NCBI GenBank assembly: GCA_035624455.1
Contig: DASPRM010000102.1
Coordinates: 116-64,115, forward strand
Length of the DNA: 64,000 nucleotides
Direction of reading: 5' to 3'
Source: Terriglobales bacterium
Lineage (GTDB): Bacteria; Acidobacteriota; Terriglobia; Terriglobales; Acidobacteriaceae
In this document: one piece after another, positions 9,492 through 19,161 of the stretch
How positions within the stretch are numbered: the stretch's first letter is position 1
How the letters are laid out: every line of letters starts with the position of its first letter
The notes under the pieces: model-generated
What the model saw: only the letters and a program-made list of their open reading frames with translations
Told to the model about the DNA's origin: nothing
The model's database searches: none
Program-made: the position numbers and the translations under genes

Positions 9492-10315
9492 GGGGCCACA
9501 AACCTGTGTACTGCGCTGAAGTAATTTGCTGCCCAGGCTCCCACCGCCGCCAGGAAAGCAAACGTCGCCAAATAGGCAGCGCGACGCCCGCGCCAGCCGG
9601 AGTTCCAGCGGCTGTACAACAGCAGCATGTACACCGCCCACATCAGCAGAGAAAGAATGATTTTGGGATCATAAAAAAAGTGCGACCCAAAATTTGCTTG
9701 CGCCACCACCGATCCCGCAATTAGGCCAAACGTCATGAAGGGAAAGCCCAGCAAAAGCGACTTGTAGCCGATATCGTCGATCACCTGCAGCGCGGGCAAG
9801 CGCGAAAGCACACCATCGGCTGCCGGAGTCTTGGATTTCAGGCTCCGCTCCTGCACCAGGTAAAGAATGCTCGAGGCGAAGCTGAGTAACAGAGCAGCGT
9901 AGCCCGTAAAGATCATCGCTACGTGCACGCCGATCCAGCCGCTACGCATCAGGCGCGAAGTAAAGATCACCTGCTGCTGCCCCAGTGCGGAGGCAAAAAC
10001 TAACAGAAAAACCAGGGGAAAGACGAAAATACCGGGCGAAGTGGTGCGGTACTTGGCAAATACCACCATGAAAACCACGAGGATCAGAAAAGCGAGTAGC
10101 GATTCCGACTCGTGAATCGACATCAGAGTGAGCGAGAGATGGCCGCTGGTCATGGCGGTCTCGGTTAGCGAGACGAAATGGAACACCATGCCCATCCCGA
10201 CAAAGGGTATTACCACACGGGATAGCCAGGCGCAGGGCCGGCTTACCGCCGCCAGCGCATAGAGCAAGCCCACCGCATAGAACAGCACCGCAATTCGGAG
10301 CCAAAGCAGTGGCAT
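9488..10315 (-). CDS. Cytochrome c assembly protein family (CcsA/HemX-like) integral membrane protein upstream of hemA
   Basis: It is polytopic and hydrophobic with a W-rich CcsA-like region (WNSGW, WAANYF). It sits in the classic hemX-hemA position. Confidence 0.7.
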   Translation of the reverse strand: MPLLWLRIAVLFYAVGLLYALAAVSRPCAWLSRVVIPFVGMGMVFHFVSLTETAMTSGHLSLTLMSIHESESLLAFLILVVFMVVFAKYRTTSPGIFVFPLVFLLVFASALGQQQVIFTSRLMRSGWIGVHVAMIFTGYAALLLSFASSILYLVQERSLKSKTPAADGVLSRLPALQVIDDIGYKSLLLGFPFMTFGLIAGSVVAQANFGSHFFYDPKIILSLLMWAVYMLLLYSRWNSGWRGRRAAYLATFAFLAAVGAWAANYFSAVHRFVAP

Positions 10316-10522
10316 AGCTTAATCCCCTCGGATCAGGGGCGCTGCCCTCCTCCTGTTCTGTAGGGAAGAATGATTATAAATCCCTTGATTACGGTGCCTC
10401 AGGCCAATGGGACGGAGCAGCGGAAGAGATCACTCCGCGGGTGTGATCTGGGTCACAGGATAAATGGCCATTCCCCGTCAGCCCGTCAGTTAGCTGGCGA
10501 AGCTTGTCCGCGCCGTTATCGC

Positions 10523-10885
10523 TTAATCCACTCCCAGGCTGTTGAGGTACTCCTCGATCTCAGCGGCGCTCACGCTGAGCCGGCGTCCGTCCTGCATCAT
10601 GTTCTCAATTTCGTCGAAGCCATGAAAGAGGCGCACCTTAGCCACCGCGTACCGTTCGGTATCGGTAAGAGGGCGGCCGTGCGCGGAACTCCAGTTTTCC
10701 GCCACCTCGCCTCTAATGAAGACGCTGACTGCATAGGTAGTCTTTCGATCGGAGCTGACGTCAAATATGTACTCGGTGGCGGGCGCCTCGCTATCGCCGG
10801 AAAGAGCAGGACGCTGACCTACAAAATAGTATTGATAAACGTAGCCGGTTTCGCCAGTGTAGGTCTTTACGCGACGCAACGCCAT
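10523..10885 (-). CDS. Hypothetical protein (120 aa)
   Basis: Protein-like composition. The overlapping plus-strand ORF 10370..11089 is low-complexity and judged to be antisense noise. Confidence 0.45.
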   Translation of the reverse strand: MALRRVKTYTGETGYVYQYYFVGQRPALSGDSEAPATEYIFDVSSDRKTTYAVSVFIRGEVAENWSSAHGRPLTDTERYAVAKVRLFHGFDEIENMMQDGRRLSVSAAEIEEYLNSLGVD

Positions 10886-11005
10886 CAGATACGAAGAAGT
10901 GTACTACTTCCACCCTCGGCCCTCGTTCACTTCAGTGGGACCCGAGCTCACGAGCTCACCCTTAACATCCCCCGATCGCCCGATCTGGCTTCTTCCTCGG
11001 CGTCC

Positions 11006-11995
11006 TTACTCCAGAGGAATTTCTCGCAGGCGTTTGGCGCAAGTCTCAGAACTCACTGGCGTGTAGTACACCTCCTTGAACGTGTATGACTTTGCCTTGT
11101 CTTTGACAACCGGAAGAATTTCGATGTGCCAGTGGTAATCGTCATCAATCGTGGTCCAGTAACGGAGAACGTCGGACCGGTGCAGTGTATTGGGCGAGGT
11201 GTGCAACACCAGGTGGAAGGCATCACTCACAGCGCGGATGCGGCTGAGCGTGCGCCTCAGCAGCGCCGCCAGATCGCGAAGATTCGAATTTCTGCTGACG
11301 CTCAGGCGTTCAAAGGAAGCCTCGTGTTGGCGGGACATAATCCAGGTTTCGAAAGGCACCCGCGGTGCATAGGGAACGCTCGCCACATAGTCACCACGGG
11401 TTTCTACGACGCGCTTGCCACTGCGTTCTTCCTGGGCTAGGATGTCGCAAAAAACGCACCGTTCCTTTTGACCGAAATATTCCTTCCCGGCGCGTAATTC
11501 ATACAGGATACGTCGGGGAACAAAGGTAGTCGCAGTGAGTTCAGAAGTCGGATGCTCGAAGTCCTGTCCGGCCGCCACACCGTAGTTCTTGTAAACCGAG
11601 ACATACTTGAAGCGTCGGTCGCGCTTGAGATCCAGGATGCGGCTGGAAATGAGCTGCAGTACCTGCTCGATTTCAGCGTCAGTGGCCTGCCAAAGCTGTT
11701 TCTTGTGGTTGGGGTTCTCCACCAGAACTTCGTGCGCGCCCACGGCTTGCATGGAATCATAGAGACCCTCGCCCCGGCGTTGCGGTTCACCTTCGATGCG
11801 AAAGATGGGCATAGGATGCACCACCGCTCTTGCCTGCCAGAGACCGCCGTCCCGTGAAGGCACGCTGGATATTACTTGCGGAGGCGCCGTCGCGTCGGGG
11901 CAGTATCGACAAATACTCTCGTCTTTAACCTGAGCCGCAGGATCGTCTCCGGTAATGACCCAGGAGCGAGTAATCGGGTCCTTGCGTAATTGCAT
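11006..11995 (-). CDS. Galactose-1-phosphate uridylyltransferase family (GalT/HIT-like) protein with non-canonical active-site residues
   Basis: GalT landmarks are CRYCP (Zn CxxC), HEVLVENPNH and YKNYGVAAG. The position of the HPHGQ nucleophile motif reads HPTSE. The start ATG at 11995 (MQLRKDPITRSWVI) matches GalT-family N-termini. Confidence 0.65.
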   Translation of the reverse strand: MQLRKDPITRSWVITGDDPAAQVKDESICRYCPDATAPPQVISSVPSRDGGLWQARAVVHPMPIFRIEGEPQRRGEGLYDSMQAVGAHEVLVENPNHKKQLWQATDAEIEQVLQLISSRILDLKRDRRFKYVSVYKNYGVAAGQDFEHPTSELTATTFVPRRILYELRAGKEYFGQKERCVFCDILAQEERSGKRVVETRGDYVASVPYAPRVPFETWIMSRQHEASFERLSVSRNSNLRDLAALLRRTLSRIRAVSDAFHLVLHTSPNTLHRSDVLRYWTTIDDDYHWHIEILPVVKDKAKSYTFKEVYYTPVSSETCAKRLREIPLE

Positions 11996-12083
11996 ATGGT
12001 AAGGAAACACTGATCGCGGCCAGGCGTCAACACAGACCGTTCCGGGATTCGCTCTGCTATAATCCGCCCAGTTTTGCGGTGAA

Positions 12084-14792
12084 ATGACCGATTTCCCCAC
12101 TCCGCAGTCTCCCCACCCGCCGCCTGCCCCCAATGAGCCAAGCACGCCCCTGATGCGACAGTACACGGCGATTAAAAAACAACATCCGAATGCCCTGTTG
12201 TTTTTCCGGCTAGGTGACTTCTATGAATTGTTTTTCGATGATGCGGTAGTCGCCTCACGAGAGCTGCAGATCACCTTAACCTCCCGTAACAAGGAAAAGG
12301 GCGTTCCCATGTGTGGCGTCCCCTATCACAGCGCCGAGGGATACATCGCCAAGCTGATCCGCAAAGGCTACAAGGTGGCAATTTGCGAGCAGACCGAGAA
12401 TCCCAAGCTGACAAAAAAGCTGGTGCGCCGCGAGGTGACCCGTGTCGTCACTCCCGGGACTGCGGATTCTTCTCTCATTTCCGAAGAAAACAACTTCTTG
12501 GCTGCCATCGCCAGTATCCAGGGAAAGAGCGGAAAGATAGTTGGCTTTGCGGCGCTGGATCTCTCCACAGGCGAGTTCCGGGCAACAGAATTTGCTGGCG
12601 AGACCGCCGAGCGCCGGATCTGGGAGGAGATGGAGCAGTTGCGCCCGCGGGAAGTACTCTACGCCTCTTCATTGCCCTTGTTTGAGGTTCGTGGAGTTTC
12701 CGCGGTTGCTGCATCCGAAATCGCTGTCCAGGGCGCTGCAACGGCTCTTCCATCGAGCGCCGCCTGGGCGCTGACTCCGCTGGAGGATTGGGTGTTCGCA
12801 CCTGATTACGCCGTGCCGCTGGTCGAAAACCATTTTGGAGTGATGTCACTGGAGGGCTTTGGTCTGGCCGCCAAGTCCTCTGCGGCTACGGCAGCGGGAG
12901 CCGTTCTCCATTATGTGCGCAGCACGCAGCGCGGATGCCTCGACCACGTTGACCGTATCGGCTTCTACGAGCGCCAGGACTGCCTGGTGCTGGATTCTGT
13001 TACCGTCCGCAACCTCGAACTGATCGAACCCCTGTTTGCCGGATCGGGGGAAGCGGTCACACTATTTCGCGCTCTCGACTCTACCCTGACTCCAATGGGC
13101 AAGCGACTGCTGCGCGCCTGGATGCTGCGCCCATCGATTGATGTGCAGGAGATCAACGCCCGCCTCGATGCGGTGGAAGAGCTAAGTTCTCGATTGATGG
13201 GCCGGGAGGAGCTGCGACGGTCGCTGGATGGCATTTTCGACATCGAGCGGCTGCTAAGCCGAGTCACGCTGGAGACCGCCAACCCGCGCGATGTGCTGGC
13301 CCTGGCAGCCTCGTTGGCAAAGATCCCTCCGGTGAAAGCGGCGCTTAGTCAGTTTGTCGCGGCTCGCCTGCGCGAGAAGCTTGAGTCGCTGGATGACCTG
13401 CAAGACTTGCGGCAGCGCATCGACCTGAGCATTGTTCCCGAGCCACCGCTGACGTTTGCCGATGGCGGTGTGATTCGGGATGGGGTAAGTACCGAGTTGG
13501 ATGAGCTGCGCGCCCTCAGTCGAAACAGTAAGCAGTACCTGGCTCAGATCGAGGAGCGCGAGCGGCGACGTACTGGCATCGCCTCCCTGAAGGTGAAGTT
13601 CAACTCCGTCTTCGGGTATTACATCGAGATTTCCAAGGCTAATCTTCACCTGGCTCCCGCGGACTACGAGCGCAAACAGACGCTGGTCAATGCCGAGCGC
13701 TTCACCACCCCCGAGCTCAAAGAGTACGAGGCCAGGATTCTGGATGCACAGGAGAAGATCGTCGAGATCGAGCGGCAAATCTTCGCAGATCTGCGGGCTG
13801 CGGTAGCCGGGCAGGCGAAGCGCATCCGGCAAAGCGCCCTGGCGCTAGCCGAGATTGATGTGCTGACCTCGATGGCGCACCTTGCCGCGCAAAGAAATTA
13901 TTGCCGGCCGCAGTTTGAAAACAACGGAGAGCTGGAGATCGTTGATGGCAGGCATCCCGTAGTCGAAATACAGGAACTCTACGGAGTAGCTGAACGATTC
14001 GTCCCCAATGACTTGTTTCTAAATACTACGACTCAAGCCATCCTGCTGCTGACTGGTCCAAACATGGGCGGCAAATCCACCTATCTGCGACAGACTGCCT
14101 TGATCGTAATCATGGCCCAGATGGGATCGTTTGTGCCGGCGAAGCGAGTGCGATTAGGCGTAGTGGATCGCATTTTCACGCGCATCGGGGCCAGCGACAA
14201 TCTTGCCCGCGGGCGCTCCACGTTCATGGTGGAGATGATGGAAACGGCGGCTATTCTCAACACCGCCACCCCAAGGTCCCTGATCCTGCTCGACGAAATT
14301 GGCCGGGGCACAGCCACCTACGACGGCCTGGCGATCGCTTGGGCGGCCGTGGAATACATTCACACGCGCACACGCGCCAAGACGCTGTTTGCCACTCACT
14401 ACCATGAACTAACGGAACTGGCGGAGAGGCTTTCGGGAGTAAAGAATTATCACGTCGGAGTAAAAGAAAGCGCAGGAGGAATCGTGTTTCTGCGCAAGGT
14501 ACAGCCTGGAGCAGCGGATAAAAGCTACGGTATCGAAGTGGCCAAATTGGCAGGGCTGCCTCACGATGTCGTAGTGCGAGCGCGGGAAGTGTTGGCCGAA
14601 CACGAAGCTGCCGAGCAACGGCTGAGCAACCATCTGGCTCACGAGGAGCAATCGCCTGAACCCATCCAGTTAACCATTTTCACGCCTCTATCGCAGAAGA
14701 TAGTGGACAGGCTGCGCGAGACAAATCTCGACCAGCTCACGCCACTGGAAGCTTTGAATCTGTTGCATGCGCTGAAAAAGCAAATCGAATAA
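12084..14792 (+). CDS. mutS: DNA mismatch repair protein MutS
   Basis: The N-terminal mismatch-binding region [30 protein letters not shown] is present. The Walker A is GPNMGGKST, with DE in [11 protein letters not shown], and the C-terminal dimerisation region is intact. The protein is 902 aa. Confidence 0.95.
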   Translation: MTDFPTPQSPHPPPAPNEPSTPLMRQYTAIKKQHPNALLFFRLGDFYELFFDDAVVASRELQITLTSRNKEKGVPMCGVPYHSAEGYIAKLIRKGYKVAICEQTENPKLTKKLVRREVTRVVTPGTADSSLISEENNFLAAIASIQGKSGKIVGFAALDLSTGEFRATEFAGETAERRIWEEMEQLRPREVLYASSLPLFEVRGVSAVAASEIAVQGAATALPSSAAWALTPLEDWVFAPDYAVPLVENHFGVMSLEGFGLAAKSSAATAAGAVLHYVRSTQRGCLDHVDRIGFYERQDCLVLDSVTVRNLELIEPLFAGSGEAVTLFRALDSTLTPMGKRLLRAWMLRPSIDVQEINARLDAVEELSSRLMGREELRRSLDGIFDIERLLSRVTLETANPRDVLALAASLAKIPPVKAALSQFVAARLREKLESLDDLQDLRQRIDLSIVPEPPLTFADGGVIRDGVSTELDELRALSRNSKQYLAQIEERERRRTGIASLKVKFNSVFGYYIEISKANLHLAPADYERKQTLVNAERFTTPELKEYEARILDAQEKIVEIERQIFADLRAAVAGQAKRIRQSALALAEIDVLTSMAHLAAQRNYCRPQFENNGELEIVDGRHPVVEIQELYGVAERFVPNDLFLNTTTQAILLLTGPNMGGKSTYLRQTALIVIMAQMGSFVPAKRVRLGVVDRIFTRIGASDNLARGRSTFMVEMMETAAILNTATPRSLILLDEIGRGTATYDGLAIAWAAVEYIHTRTRAKTLFATHYHELTELAERLSGVKNYHVGVKESAGGIVFLRKVQPGAADKSYGIEVAKLAGLPHDVVVRAREVLAEHEAAEQRLSNHLAHEEQSPEPIQLTIFTPLSQKIVDRLRETNLDQLTPLEALNLLHALKKQIE

Positions 14793-14836
14793 TCGACTGG
14801 CGCGAGCGCAAGAAAGGCCCTTCGGGACAATCCTCA

Positions 14837-15961
14837 ATGGTGCAGAAATCCTCTTTAGAGCTTCAGCAGCAGGTTGGACAGATGCTGATCATGGGATTTG
14901 ACGGGCTCGAGATGGGAGCGCGCCTGCGTACCATGCTCAGCAGCCTGCAGCCGGGTGGCGTGATCCTCTTCCGGCGAAACATTGATAGCGCAGACCAGAC
15001 CTATAGCCTCGTACAGGAGTGCCGTAAGTCCATTTCCACTCCCTCCTTTTTGTGTGTCGACCTGGAGGGTGGCGCTGTCGACCGCTTCCGCGACCTGATT
15101 GCCCCCGCACCCTCAGTAAATGAAGTAACGGCGGCGGGCAATCGGCAGTTGTTCCGCAAGCACGGTCAGCTACTCGGACGGGAATGCCGGGCGTTCGGAT
15201 TCAACACCGACTTCGCTCCCGTATTGGATCTCGGCCTGGAAGCCTCCAAGCAGGTTCTCACCACGCGTACCGTATCTGCGGATCCAAGAAAGGTCGTGGT
15301 GTACGCCCGCGAGTTGCTGAAAGGATTGAAAGATGTAGGCATCCTGGGAAGTGGAAAGCATTTTCCAGGGCTAGGCGAGGCAAGCCTGGATACGCACCAC
15401 GCCATGCCGAAGATTGTGAAGCCTTGGAAGCGCCTATGGGAGGAAGACCTCTATCCCTACCGCACGCTGGTACACGAGTTGCCATTCGTTATGGTCGCGC
15501 ACGCTGCATACCCGGGAATCACTAAGAACGGAACACCAGCTTCGATCTCCCGGAAATGGATCACCGACATTCTCCGCAAGAAAATTGGATATAAAGGGCT
15601 GATCGCTGCCGACGATCTGGAAATGGGCGGCGTGCAGGCGGCAGCCTCGATCGAGGAAGCTGCGGTCGAGACGGTGCGAGCCGGTTCAGACATCTTTTTG
15701 GTCTGCCACAAAGAAGAGCTGGTATGGCGCTGCCACGGAGCGGTGCTGAAAACCGCGGAGACGGATCGTCGCTTCCGGGAACTGGTCAGGACTGCCTCGA
15801 AGCGCATCCTGTCAGTGAAGAAACGATCGCCAGAGCTCAAAATGCGTCCACCCCGCAAGCCCGAGCAGAAGACCCTGGACCAGCTTCGTCGGGCGGTATG
15901 GGAGTTTAGCGAAGAGGTGCGCCTGGATGCCGAAGCCCCCAGGATCGCGACCCAGGTGTGA
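14837..15961 (+). CDS. nagZ: Beta-N-acetylhexosaminidase (GH3, NagZ)
   Basis: It has only a GH3 N-terminal domain (GGVILFRRN, KHFPGLG, a D-H dyad region) at 374 aa, typical of NagZ. It is adjacent to anmK. Confidence 0.85.
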   Translation: MVQKSSLELQQQVGQMLIMGFDGLEMGARLRTMLSSLQPGGVILFRRNIDSADQTYSLVQECRKSISTPSFLCVDLEGGAVDRFRDLIAPAPSVNEVTAAGNRQLFRKHGQLLGRECRAFGFNTDFAPVLDLGLEASKQVLTTRTVSADPRKVVVYARELLKGLKDVGILGSGKHFPGLGEASLDTHHAMPKIVKPWKRLWEEDLYPYRTLVHELPFVMVAHAAYPGITKNGTPASISRKWITDILRKKIGYKGLIAADDLEMGGVQAAASIEEAAVETVRAGSDIFLVCHKEELVWRCHGAVLKTAETDRRFRELVRTASKRILSVKKRSPELKMRPPRKPEQKTLDQLRRAVWEFSEEVRLDAEAPRIATQV

Positions 15962-15964
15962 GGC

Positions 15965-17116
15965 GTGATCGTTGCCGGAGTGATGAGCGGCACCTCGGCT
16001 GACGGAATCAATGTCGCTTTGATGCGGCTGCTTGGCAGAGGGTTCCGCACTCGCTTGGAGCTCCTGGAACACGCAAACTACCCCTTCCCTCCTGCGGTGC
16101 GCCGCACCATTCTCTCCCTTATGAACGCCCAGGCCAGGGTGGCCGAGTTGGCACGGCTGAATTTTCTGTTGGGCGAGTTGTATTCGGACGCGATTCTTTC
16201 AACATCCCGCAAAGCACGGATCGCAGTGGAGCTAGTGGGATGTCATGGGCAGACTCTCTATCACCAGGGCGAAGCCGCAAGTTTTCTAGGACGTAAGCTG
16301 GCCGTGACCTGGCAGACGGGCGAAGGTGCGGTGATAGCGGCACGAGTGGGAGCGCCGGTCGTCTCGGATTTTCGTCCGGCTGATATGGCGGTCGGGGGCA
16401 AGGGTGCGCCGCTCGTTCCCTTCCTCGATTATGTGTTGTATCACCATCGCCGCAGAGGAAGAATTTTGCAGAATCTTGGCGGAATCGCGAATCTGACGGC
16501 GATTCCCGCGCGTTCCACTCCGCAAGACGTGCTTGCTTTCGACACCGGCCCCGGCAACATGGTGATCGACGCGGTCACCGATCGGCTGTTTGGAAAACCA
16601 TTCGATCGCAATGGTCGGATCGCGGCCAAAGGACGCGTCCTCGAGCGGGTGGTGGACGAAACTCTGGCCCTGCCGTTCTTCCGCCGCAAGCCGCCCAAGA
16701 CCGCTGGGCGGGAGGAGTTCGGCCGGGAGTTTGCCACAATGTTTGTTCGCCTCTGTGGGAGAGTTGCCAAAGAAGACGTGGTAGCAACCGCGACCGCGCT
16801 GACCGCGCATTCAATCGCGTTCGCGGTGCGAAGTTTCCTCCCTGGAATAAAGCTGGTGAACCGGCGCCTCCCCTACAAAGACTTCATCGTCTCGGGCGGA
16901 GGCGCCAGGAATCCAACCCTGATGCGAATGCTTGCCGAAGCTCTTCCGGGCTTACGCCTTCAGACCACTGACGATTACGGGCTGCCTGCCGAAGCTAAAG
17001 AAGCGGCAGCATTCGCCCTCCTGGCATATCAGACGTGGCGGCGCCTGCCTTCAAATATACCCACTGCAACTGGAGCACAGAAACCCGTGGTGCTGGGCAA
17101 GATGTCCTGGCCATGA
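15965..17116 (+). CDS. anmK: Anhydro-N-acetylmuramic acid kinase
   Basis: AnmK N-terminus GVMSGTSADGIDVAL-like (GVMSGTSADGINVAL). The start is GTG at 15965, 3 nt after the nagZ stop. The protein is 383 aa. Confidence 0.9.
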   Translation: MIVAGVMSGTSADGINVALMRLLGRGFRTRLELLEHANYPFPPAVRRTILSLMNAQARVAELARLNFLLGELYSDAILSTSRKARIAVELVGCHGQTLYHQGEAASFLGRKLAVTWQTGEGAVIAARVGAPVVSDFRPADMAVGGKGAPLVPFLDYVLYHHRRRGRILQNLGGIANLTAIPARSTPQDVLAFDTGPGNMVIDAVTDRLFGKPFDRNGRIAAKGRVLERVVDETLALPFFRRKPPKTAGREEFGREFATMFVRLCGRVAKEDVVATATALTAHSIAFAVRSFLPGIKLVNRRLPYKDFIVSGGGARNPTLMRMLAEALPGLRLQTTDDYGLPAEAKEAAAFALLAYQTWRRLPSNIPTATGAQKPVVLGKMSWP

Positions 17117-18831
17117 CGCTTCGTCGGCCACATCACCGTGCCTCTGTAACCTTCAACTGTCATTCTGAGCGACGGCCGAGCCCGGGGTCCCCAGCCAACC
17201 CGCTTTTGGCTTGCTGGGGTGGTTGCAGGCCAGAGGCGAAGGACCTCGCGCTTTCCGCGTCTGGCAGCCGGTGTGTGCACGGGTGTCCCACTCAAGCCCT
17301 CTTTTGGCTTGAGTGGGAATGGGTTTCTGTCACCGCACTTCTCCTCGCCTGCTTGCTCTTGCTCTCCTGCGCCGAGCATCCCCCCTCCAACTCGCTGGTG
17401 ATGATCATCGAGAGCAGCCCGACGAATCTGGATCCAAGGGTAGGCATCGATGCGCAATCGGAACGCATTGACGAGTTACTGTTCGATGCCCTGGTGCATC
17501 GTGATGAGCATTTCGCCTTGCATCCCTGGCTGGCAAAGAGCTGGGAAATTCCCGATCCCCAGACCTACGTTTTTCACCTCCAGCGCGGCGTCACCTTTCA
17601 CGATGGGCGTCCCTTGACCGCGCGTGACGTGAAGTGGACCTTCGACTCGCTCACCAACGGCACGCTGCGCACAACCAAGACGGGCACGTTCCGTTACTTG
17701 GATCGCATCGATACCCCGGACGATGCCACCGTCATCTTCCACCTCAAGCAACCCTGGGCCAGCCTGTTGTGGAATGTTTCGAACGGCGCGATTGGGATCG
17801 TCCCCTATGGGAGTAAGGGCGAGCTGACTCAGATGCCGATTGGCTCGGGACCCTTCCGGTTTGTGCGCGCTGAACAGGATAAAGACGTCGTAATTGAGCG
17901 CAACGACCGCTACTGGGGCGAAAAGCCGAACCTGCAGCGCGTTCAATTTCTGGTAGTGCCGGACACCACCACGCGAGCGCTGGAATTGCGCAAAGGAAGT
18001 GCAGATGTGGCCCTCAACTCTCTGACCGCTGACATGGTTGCGACGATCGAGAAAAATCCGCAGCTGGAGGTAATGCGGCGTCCGGGAACTATTCTGAGTT
18101 ATCTTACGATGAATCTGCGTGATCCGATTCTGAAGGATGTGCGGGTGCGCCGTGCGCTGGCTTACGCTATCGACCGCCGTCCCATGATCCAATATATTTG
18201 GCGCGACCTGGCGCGACCAGCCAGCAGCATTCTTCCGCCAGAGTCATGGGCCTATGATCCGCAGACCGAGCAATATCCCTTCGATCCAGCGCGCGCCCGC
18301 CAGTTGCTGGATGCAGCCGGATATCGGGCGGTTAATGGCGTGCGCTTTCATCTTGCGATGAAGACTTCCACCGAGGAGAGCACCCGTCTTCTCGCAGCCG
18401 TGCTGCAACGACAATTGCGGGATGTGGGAATTGCTCTGGACATCCGCAGCTATGAATTCGCTACTTTCTTTTCCGACGTCACCAAGGGAGCTTTCCAGAT
18501 CTATTCCCTGCGATGGATTGGTGGGAACGACGATCCAGACATTTTTGAATACGTGTTTGACTCGGACCACACTCCGCCTCGAGGCGCCAATCGCAACTAC
18601 TATTCGAATCCACGCGTGGACCAGTTAATCGCGCAGGGGCGCAGTGAAGTAGACCCGACGAAACGCATTCAGGCTTACGGCGAGATCCAGCGCATCCTCG
18701 CCGAAGATCTTCCTTACATCAGTCTATGGTATTACGACAATGTGGCGGTCCATTCACCGCGCGTGACGAACGTCGAAATCAGTCCTGCCGGCAACTACGA
18801 TTTCCTGCTCCACGCCCAACTGCAGCAATAG
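17113..18831 (+). CDS. ABC transporter substrate-binding protein, family 5 (peptide/nickel-type), probable lipoprotein
   Basis: A family-5 SBP fold is recognisable from about residue 115 (LVMIIESSPTNLDPR..). A lipobox-like LLLLSC precedes it. The 5' end is ambiguous: ATG at 17113 overlaps the anmK stop in ATGA, but the next 200 bp contain two copies of a repeated hairpin element. A GTG at 17278 is the alternative. Confidence 0.75.
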   Translation: MTLRRPHHRASVTFNCHSERRPSPGSPANPLLACWGGCRPEAKDLALSASGSRCVHGCPTQALFWLEWEWVSVTALLLACLLLLSCAEHPPSNSLVMIIESSPTNLDPRVGIDAQSERIDELLFDALVHRDEHFALHPWLAKSWEIPDPQTYVFHLQRGVTFHDGRPLTARDVKWTFDSLTNGTLRTTKTGTFRYLDRIDTPDDATVIFHLKQPWASLLWNVSNGAIGIVPYGSKGELTQMPIGSGPFRFVRAEQDKDVVIERNDRYWGEKPNLQRVQFLVVPDTTTRALELRKGSADVALNSLTADMVATIEKNPQLEVMRRPGTILSYLTMNLRDPILKDVRVRRALAYAIDRRPMIQYIWRDLARPASSILPPESWAYDPQTEQYPFDPARARQLLDAAGYRAVNGVRFHLAMKTSTEESTRLLAAVLQRQLRDVGIALDIRSYEFATFFSDVTKGAFQIYSLRWIGGNDDPDIFEYVFDSDHTPPRGANRNYYSNPRVDQLIAQGRSEVDPTKRIQAYGEIQRILAEDLPYISLWYYDNVAVHSPRVTNVEISPAGNYDFLLHAQLQQ

Positions 18832-19161
18832 CCGGCCGAATGAAACACTCAAGACCTCTGCTGGCCTGAGTGGGCCATTTCGTGCGTGGCAACGGGCGTC
18901 TCGTCCGTTCAGGTCGAGGCGCAGCCTCGACAGAACAGTTTTGCAAGGCAGCGGCTCCAGCCGCAGCGTACAATTCCCTCCCAATTGTCATCCCGACCAA
19001 GCACTGGGATCGCCTGCAGGCGATCCCAGTGCGCGTTGAGAGACCTGCTTCGTCCTCCCTCTTCCGCTCTCCCGACCTTTCTTCACCCGATCTCTCGATC
19101 TTACTTCTCACCCCACGTGCTACCATCGATTGTTTGGGCTTGCAGCCACGAGGGAACCTGA

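Noticed and set aside
10370-11089. 239-aa plus-strand ORF overlapping the 120-aa minus-strand gene and the 3' end of galT
   Set aside because: The product is not protein-like (Ser/Arg/Ala/Leu runs) and it overlaps two better-supported genes on the other strand.
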